A DNA stretch of 50,765 bases from an uncultured Oribacterium sp. (GTDB taxonomy: Bacteria; Bacillota; Clostridia; Lachnospirales; Lachnospiraceae): contig CABTMH010000169.1 in NCBI GenBank assembly GCA_902485915.1, forward strand, positions 1 through 50,765. The letters run 5' to 3'. The translations under genes were made by a program, and so were the position numbers. The notes under the pieces are model-generated. The model was not told the origin of the DNA. It made no database searches and worked only from the letters and a program-made list of their open reading frames with translations. Positions 46,004 to 50,765 of this stretch are shown here, piece after piece (position 1 is the first letter of the stretch; each line of letters opens with the position of its first letter).

Positions 46004-47317
46004 ATGAATCCGACACAAGAAAACAGATTTCGAAATAAAATAAACTGGTACGTCTTCCTGATGTCCCTGCTCGTCGTCCTGATTCACAGCGTAAACCTCG
46101 CGATCGATAACACGACGCTGAGCTCGATGATCCTGACCGCGGACCATACCGGCGCAGCGCTTTCCGGCATCACCGGCGTCGCCGGCCATATCGAGCATCT
46201 CCTGTCGAACGCCCTCGGGCAGATGGCCGTGCCGGGCTTCTTTCTGATCTCCGGCTACCTCTTCTTCCGGGCCCTGCATGGCTTCCGGGATATCGGACGG
46301 AAGTGGCAGGAGCGGGTCTGGTCGCTGCTTGTACCCTATGGCGCATGGAATGTGCTCTGGTATCTCGCTTATGTGCTGATCGGCCGTCGCCACTTCTCCC
46401 TCACGGCGATGAGTGAGGCTGCCGCGAACTACAGCTGCAATCCGACCTTCTGGTATATGTACCAGCTGATGCTGCTGACGCTCCTCGCACCTCTTCTCTA
46501 CCTGCTGCTTCGAAACGCGTACGTGATGCTCCTGTCCCTTCTCCTGCTCGCCGCCGCGATCGGTGCAGGCGCCACGCTCCCGATGGTCAATGCAGACGCC
46601 CTCATCTATTATGGCGTCGGCGCCCTGTTCGCCTGTCACGGGCGGGGGCTGTTCGAAGGCGCCGCAGCGGATGCCCGGTTTCTCCGGAAGGCGATGCCGG
46701 GAGATGTGAAAGGGGATGCGGATATCGTCGTCCTGCCGGCGGCAGCGAAAGCCCGTCAGCGTCGCAGCTCCATGAAGAGAGGGTGCCGCATCGCTGGCAT
46801 TGGCCTCCTGCTGCTGGCGTGGCTGCTGCAGATCCTGACCCCGGCGAAGCTGATGAGCTTCGTGCTCTACGATGGGAGCGGCATCGCGCGGATGTCGATG
46901 CCGGCCTACCTCATGAGTGGAGGGGCGCTGGCGCGCTGGATCGGAAAGGGCCTGCAGCAGTTTCCACTGTTTGTGCTTTCGCTCTCCGGAAGTGGTGCGC
47001 AGGCGCTCGTCGCCATCGTGCGACGACTGCTGCTCGTGCTCGGCGTCTGGTTCGTCCTGCCTGCAGACCGTCTGCCGGAAGCGCGGCCCTATATGAAAAA
47101 CAGCTTCTTTCTGTACGCAGTGCATTATCCGATTGCGCGCGCACAGTATTATATGATACAGTACTTGGGCATTCCGTACGATGGATGGGGAGAAGCCGTG
47201 CGCCTCGCGCTGTACCTGCTGACCCCGGTGGTCGCTGTCGCGGCCGCGTACGGGCTGAAGCGTGTACTGAAACGATACCTGCCGCTGCAGTGGATGATTC
47301 TCAGCGGAGGACGATAG
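46004..47317 (+). CDS. Acyltransferase-3 family membrane protein
   Basis: Motifs LVVLIHS, AVPGFFLISGYLFF, R..SLLVPY..W, FWYM and SFFLYAVH. Confidence 0.85.
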   Translation: MNPTQENRFRNKINWYVFLMSLLVVLIHSVNLAIDNTTLSSMILTADHTGAALSGITGVAGHIEHLLSNALGQMAVPGFFLISGYLFFRALHGFRDIGRKWQERVWSLLVPYGAWNVLWYLAYVLIGRRHFSLTAMSEAAANYSCNPTFWYMYQLMLLTLLAPLLYLLLRNAYVMLLSLLLLAAAIGAGATLPMVNADALIYYGVGALFACHGRGLFEGAAADARFLRKAMPGDVKGDADIVVLPAAAKARQRRSSMKRGCRIAGIGLLLLAWLLQILTPAKLMSFVLYDGSGIARMSMPAYLMSGGALARWIGKGLQQFPLFVLSLSGSGAQALVAIVRRLLLVLGVWFVLPADRLPEARPYMKNSFFLYAVHYPIARAQYYMIQYLGIPYDGWGEAVRLALYLLTPVVAVAAAYGLKRVLKRYLPLQWMILSGGR

Positions 47318-47324
47318 GAGTCTT

Positions 47325-48335
47325 ATGTTTATTGCAGATCATTGGAAAGATTATGAGGTTATCGACACATCAAACGGCGACAAGCTGGAGCGCTGGGGGA
47401 AGTACATCCTCCGTCGCCCGGATCCGCAGGTTATCTGGCAGACATCCTTCCGGAATCCGTACTGGAAGAAGCTGAACGGCCACTATCATCGCTCGAACAA
47501 GGGCGGCGGCGAGTGGGAGTTCTTCGATCTTCCGAAGCAGTGGAAGATTTCCTACGTGCTCGGTGGCGTCGATGCAGCGGTATCGACCCTGGAGCCGGAC
47601 ATGCGTGCGACCTACTGCCCGACGGCACCGGTCTATGCACATCTCGAGAAGCTTCCGGTAGAGAAGCGCACCCTGACCTTCCATCTGAAGCCGTTTACGT
47701 TTAAGCATACCGGTCTCTTTCCGGAGCAGGCGGCGAACTGGGACTGGTTCTCGGATCGTATCCTCGGGGAAACAGAGCGTCGGAAGCAGGCCGGTATCGA
47801 CCGTCCGGTGAAGGTGCTGAATCTCTTCGCCTATACGGGCGGCGCGACCCTGGCCGCGGCCGCGGCCGGTGCCCAGGTGACCCATGTAGACGCCTCGAAG
47901 GGCATGGTGCAGTGGGCGAAGGAAAACGCGGAGGCCTCCCATCTCAAGGATGCGCCGATCCGCTGGCTCGTCGATGACTGTATGAAGTTCGTCGAGCGTG
48001 AGATCCGCCGTGGGAACACCTATGATGCGATCATCATGGATCCGCCGTCCTATGGTCGTGGACCGAAGGGAGAGATCTGGAAGATCGAGGATTCGGTCTA
48101 TCCGCTCGTGCAGCAGGCGGCGAAGCTGCTGACAGAAGACAGCATCTTCTTCCTCATCAACTCCTACACGACCGGACTGCAGCCGGCGGTCATGAGCTAT
48201 ATGCTCGGCACGGCGATCCGTGCACGCCTTGGCGGCGTGATCCACTCAGAAGAGGTCGGCCTGCCGGTGACGGAAACCGGACTCGTGCTGCCATGCGGCT
48301 GCAGTGGCCGCTGGGAAAGCTGCGAAAAGTCATAA
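47325..48335 (+). CDS. Class I SAM-dependent methyltransferase (RlmI/YwbD-like)
   Basis: Motifs KHTGLFPEQ, VLNLFAYTGG, VDAS and IMDPPSY. Confidence 0.88.
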   Translation: MFIADHWKDYEVIDTSNGDKLERWGKYILRRPDPQVIWQTSFRNPYWKKLNGHYHRSNKGGGEWEFFDLPKQWKISYVLGGVDAAVSTLEPDMRATYCPTAPVYAHLEKLPVEKRTLTFHLKPFTFKHTGLFPEQAANWDWFSDRILGETERRKQAGIDRPVKVLNLFAYTGGATLAAAAAGAQVTHVDASKGMVQWAKENAEASHLKDAPIRWLVDDCMKFVEREIRRGNTYDAIIMDPPSYGRGPKGEIWKIEDSVYPLVQQAAKLLTEDSIFFLINSYTTGLQPAVMSYMLGTAIRARLGGVIHSEEVGLPVTETGLVLPCGCSGRWESCEKS

Positions 48336-48637
48336 TAGTAGAGAAAACAGCATTGGCCGAAGGCGGGATGCGTGACGGCCGAAGCCACGGCGACGCGTGT
48401 GAATGTAAGAGAATCGTAAGCATTTCACTGGGATTATTCAGTATTCTTCATGGAATAGAAATTGCATTTGCATGGGTGAAAGGCTATTATTATAGCATAA
48501 GTATGATGCAGACTGGAAAATCGTCCGGCGAGGCGCACACACGCGCATACATTATGTCCGGAAGTGGGCGGTGATGGCCGGAGCCAGTGCATCCACAAGC
48601 GTTGGGGCCGGTAGAGCCGGGTCCGGAGGGATACGAT

Positions 48638-49885
48638 ATGATGAAAGAAAAGCTTAGAAAACTTCTGATCGCAGCCGGTGCGCTTGCGGTGATTTCCGCG
48701 ACGAGTGCATTGGCAGCCGGCTGGACGACGAACACCAGCGGCGAGCCGGTATATATGCAGGATAACGGAAGCGTGGCAGCGAACGCCTGGATTAAGGCCG
48801 AGAGCAACGGTCAGGTGATCTGGTACTACGCTACCGGGAACGGCACCCTGAAGAAGGGCGGCTGGCAGACCGTCGGCGGCTATCGCTACTACTTCGATGA
48901 GATGGGTGTGATGCAGACCGGCTGGGTGGATGGAAACAGCTACTACTGTAATCCGAACACAGGTGCCGCTGTTTCAGGCTGGCAGTACCTCACGATTCCG
49001 GAGGAGGACCAGAGCTTCTATGAAGACGATGCGAACTACAGCACGAATCATGCAGCCTGGTATTTCTTCGCCACCGGAACGAATAAAAAGTACGCATCCG
49101 ATAACTATAACGTGACTGTGAAGACCGTCAACGGTCTCAAGTACGGCTTCGATGAGAATGGCGTGATGCAGCTCGGATGGTCGAAGGTGCAGGATACGAC
49201 GCCGGAGATCAGCGGATACATGTATTTCGCGATGAAAACCGATGACCACTTCAAGCAGGGCCAGCTGATCGAGAACACCTGGTATACGACGACCGGACCG
49301 CAGAACAGCGATGGCTCCTATGATGAGAGTCTCGCCAGCGGTGATGTAGAGTATTTCTACTTCCGCTCGAATGGACGACCGGCAGCCGGCACGACAGGCA
49401 ACTTCCTCGTGCAGTCCATCGGCGGTAAGAAGTACCTCTTCAACGAAAAGGGAAATCCGGTATATGGCATGCAGAAGGGTTCTACGACGACCGACGCTAG
49501 CGTACATTACTACTACTGTGGATCCAGCAGGGCAGACTGCTCGGTAAAGACCGGACGCTTCGTGATGACCGAGGCGGATGGCGATAAGATCACCTACTAT
49601 GCAGAGAGCAACGGCCGTGGCTACACCGGCGTGAAGAACGGTTACCTCTACTATGAGGGCAGACTGCAGCAGGCGGATCAGAGCGCGAAGTACCAGACCT
49701 GCTACGTAGATGGAAAGAACTACGTGATCTCTTACTCCGGACTGGTCATGAAGAGTAAAACAAATCTCCGCGATGCGGATGGTAATAAGGTATCGACGAA
49801 CGCTGACGGTACGCTGAAGGAGAACCTCGATGGCAGCCTCGAGGCGATGACGGCGACCCCGCCGGATGTCGATGACATCGACTGA
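48638..49885 (+). CDS. Secreted cell-wall/choline-binding-repeat surface protein
   Basis: Signal peptide ending ALA; repeats GWQTVGGYRYYFDEMGVMQTGW, KYGFDENGVMQLGW, KKYLFNEKG; no catalytic domain recognised. Confidence 0.85.
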   Translation: MMKEKLRKLLIAAGALAVISATSALAAGWTTNTSGEPVYMQDNGSVAANAWIKAESNGQVIWYYATGNGTLKKGGWQTVGGYRYYFDEMGVMQTGWVDGNSYYCNPNTGAAVSGWQYLTIPEEDQSFYEDDANYSTNHAAWYFFATGTNKKYASDNYNVTVKTVNGLKYGFDENGVMQLGWSKVQDTTPEISGYMYFAMKTDDHFKQGQLIENTWYTTTGPQNSDGSYDESLASGDVEYFYFRSNGRPAAGTTGNFLVQSIGGKKYLFNEKGNPVYGMQKGSTTTDASVHYYYCGSSRADCSVKTGRFVMTEADGDKITYYAESNGRGYTGVKNGYLYYEGRLQQADQSAKYQTCYVDGKNYVISYSGLVMKSKTNLRDADGNKVSTNADGTLKENLDGSLEAMTATPPDVDDID

Positions 49886-49906
49886 TGATGATTTTCTTTC
49901 TATTAT

Positions 49907-49945
49907 AGAAGAGAGCCCGCTTCCGAAAGGAGCGGGCTCTCTTCT
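49907..49945 (+). terminator. Terminator hairpin
   Basis: AGAAGAGAGCCCGCTTCC-gaaa-GGAGCGGGCTCTCTTCT. Confidence 0.8.
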
Positions 49946-49982
49946 GTAAATTTGTGGCATTTTAGAGTCTTCCGAGCTTGTA

Positions 49983-50047
49983 GTACTGTATTTCTGGTGC
50001 CTGCCATCCGGCCCTGCCTGATCAGTACACGTGTGAACAGTGACGGG
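49983..50047 (+). repeat. Intergenic repeat, copy 9 (subfamily B)
   Basis: GTACTGTATTTCTGGTGCCTGCCATCCGGCCCTGCCTGATCAGTACACGTGTGAACAGTGACGGG; 58/65 identical to copy 4. Confidence 0.9.
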
Positions 50048-50067
50048 CGGTGCTGTGAAAAAAAGGC

Positions 50068-50234
50068 TTGCAATTCAGAAAAGCAGATGGTATTATATGA
50101 CACGCACGGCAAGGTGGTTACCTGCTGTGCTGTACATTATATCGTGATACACACGGCAGTGTGGAAACGTGTATCGGATTTTATGCACGTTTTCAGAAAA
50201 ATTGCTTGCAATAAAAAAGCATGTGTGTTATCTT
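50068..50234 (+). promoter_or_regulatory. Two tandem SigA promoters of the S10 operon
   Basis: TTGCAA(50068)-17-TATTAT(50091) and TTGCAA(50206)-17-TATCTT(50229). Confidence 0.65.
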
Positions 50235-50242
50235 TGTACACG

Positions 50243-50433
50243 CTGTGACATGATAGCAATGAAATGAAGATTGCTTGCATGGACGAAAGCCAAGATCCGT
50301 ACAACAGTATCCTTTGGATCCAGTGAGCCTCCGGGCTCCGCCTGAGAGTTGAGACGGCAACCAAGTATAAGTCATGTAAGAGAACTTCAGGGAGCGAATG
50401 TCTAGTTTAGAAACTGACGGCAGGTCACTGTAC
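50243..50433 (+). ncRNA. Structured rpsJ (S10 operon) leader RNA
   Basis: GTGAC/GTCAC closing stem; TGAAG..CTTGCATG/ATGTAAG..CTTCA stem; GGAGCGAATGTC and AGTTT/AAACT elements; lies between the promoter and rpsJ. Confidence 0.6.
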
Positions 50434-50563
50434 TACAATTTAATCCATCAAACAGCAGATGGATTTGCGCAGATCGATCCTTTATCTCACATGGGACAGG
50501 TGTGCGCGTTAATGTACAGTCACCGACTTATCGTCAAATCACCGATAGGAGGCGACTTTTTTT

Positions 50564-50765
50564 ATGGCAAGTCAAGTAATGAGAATCACACTTAAGGCTT
50601 ACGATCACGTCCTTGTAGACGAGTCAGCCGCAAAGATTGTGGAGAACTGCAAGAAGACAGGTTCACAGGTATCCGGTCCGGTTCCACTTCCGACGAAGAA
50701 GGAGATCGTAACCATCCTTCGTGCTACACACAAGTACAAGGACTCTCGTGAGCAGTTCGAGCAGA
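50564..50765 (+). CDS. rpsJ: 30S ribosomal protein S10 (truncated by the window edge)
   Basis: Manual translation [26 protein letters not shown]...[39 protein letters not shown]. Confidence 0.98.
   Translation, partial: MASQVMRITLKAYDHVLVDESAAKIVENCKKTGSQVSGPVPLPTKKEIVTILRATHKYKDSREQFEQ

Noticed and set aside
50281..50350. Hammerhead ribozyme (CGAAA ... CTGAGAG)
   Set aside because: The core would need CUGANGA and matching stems I and III, which I could not build.

Overview
Core chromosomal region of a Clostridia-type Firmicute (gene content and order suggest Lachnospiraceae; this is an inference). It holds about 40 housekeeping and transport genes: a BCCT transporter, kdgK, cidA/lrgB, purC, an ltrA-like gene, an SbcD/YhaN-like pair, ispE-gntR, a TetR-MFP-RND operon with two TolC-like genes, recA-recX-ohrR-rny, a CBS pyrophosphatase, aroK, a TetM/EF-G-like GTPase fused to an NYN domain, a YesMN-type two-component system with a TRAP transporter, murC, dnaD/dnaC-like genes, prs, a cell-wall-binding repeat protein and the start of rpsJ. 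I found no rRNA, tRNA, CRISPR array, transposase or phage gene. The most interesting signals are non-coding. (1) Two unannotated, apparently paralogous small-RNA candidates (about 3643-3742 on +, about 27727-27857 on -) share a promoter layout (11-bp-phased GTTCAY boxes, 10 nt, TATATT) and a split anti-RBS design (GATTTTTCATAAT, GC hairpin, CTCCTC). (2) A dispersed, modular palindromic intergenic repeat family (core CCTGATCAGTACACGWGTGAACAGTAAC) has 9 full or partial copies. (3) There is a 165-bp near-perfect palindrome, tandem duplications of stop-codon regions next to terminators, a DnaA-box cluster upstream of the helicase-loader genes, and an rpsJ leader with a multibranched interior. All calls come from reading the sequence by eye; no searches were run.
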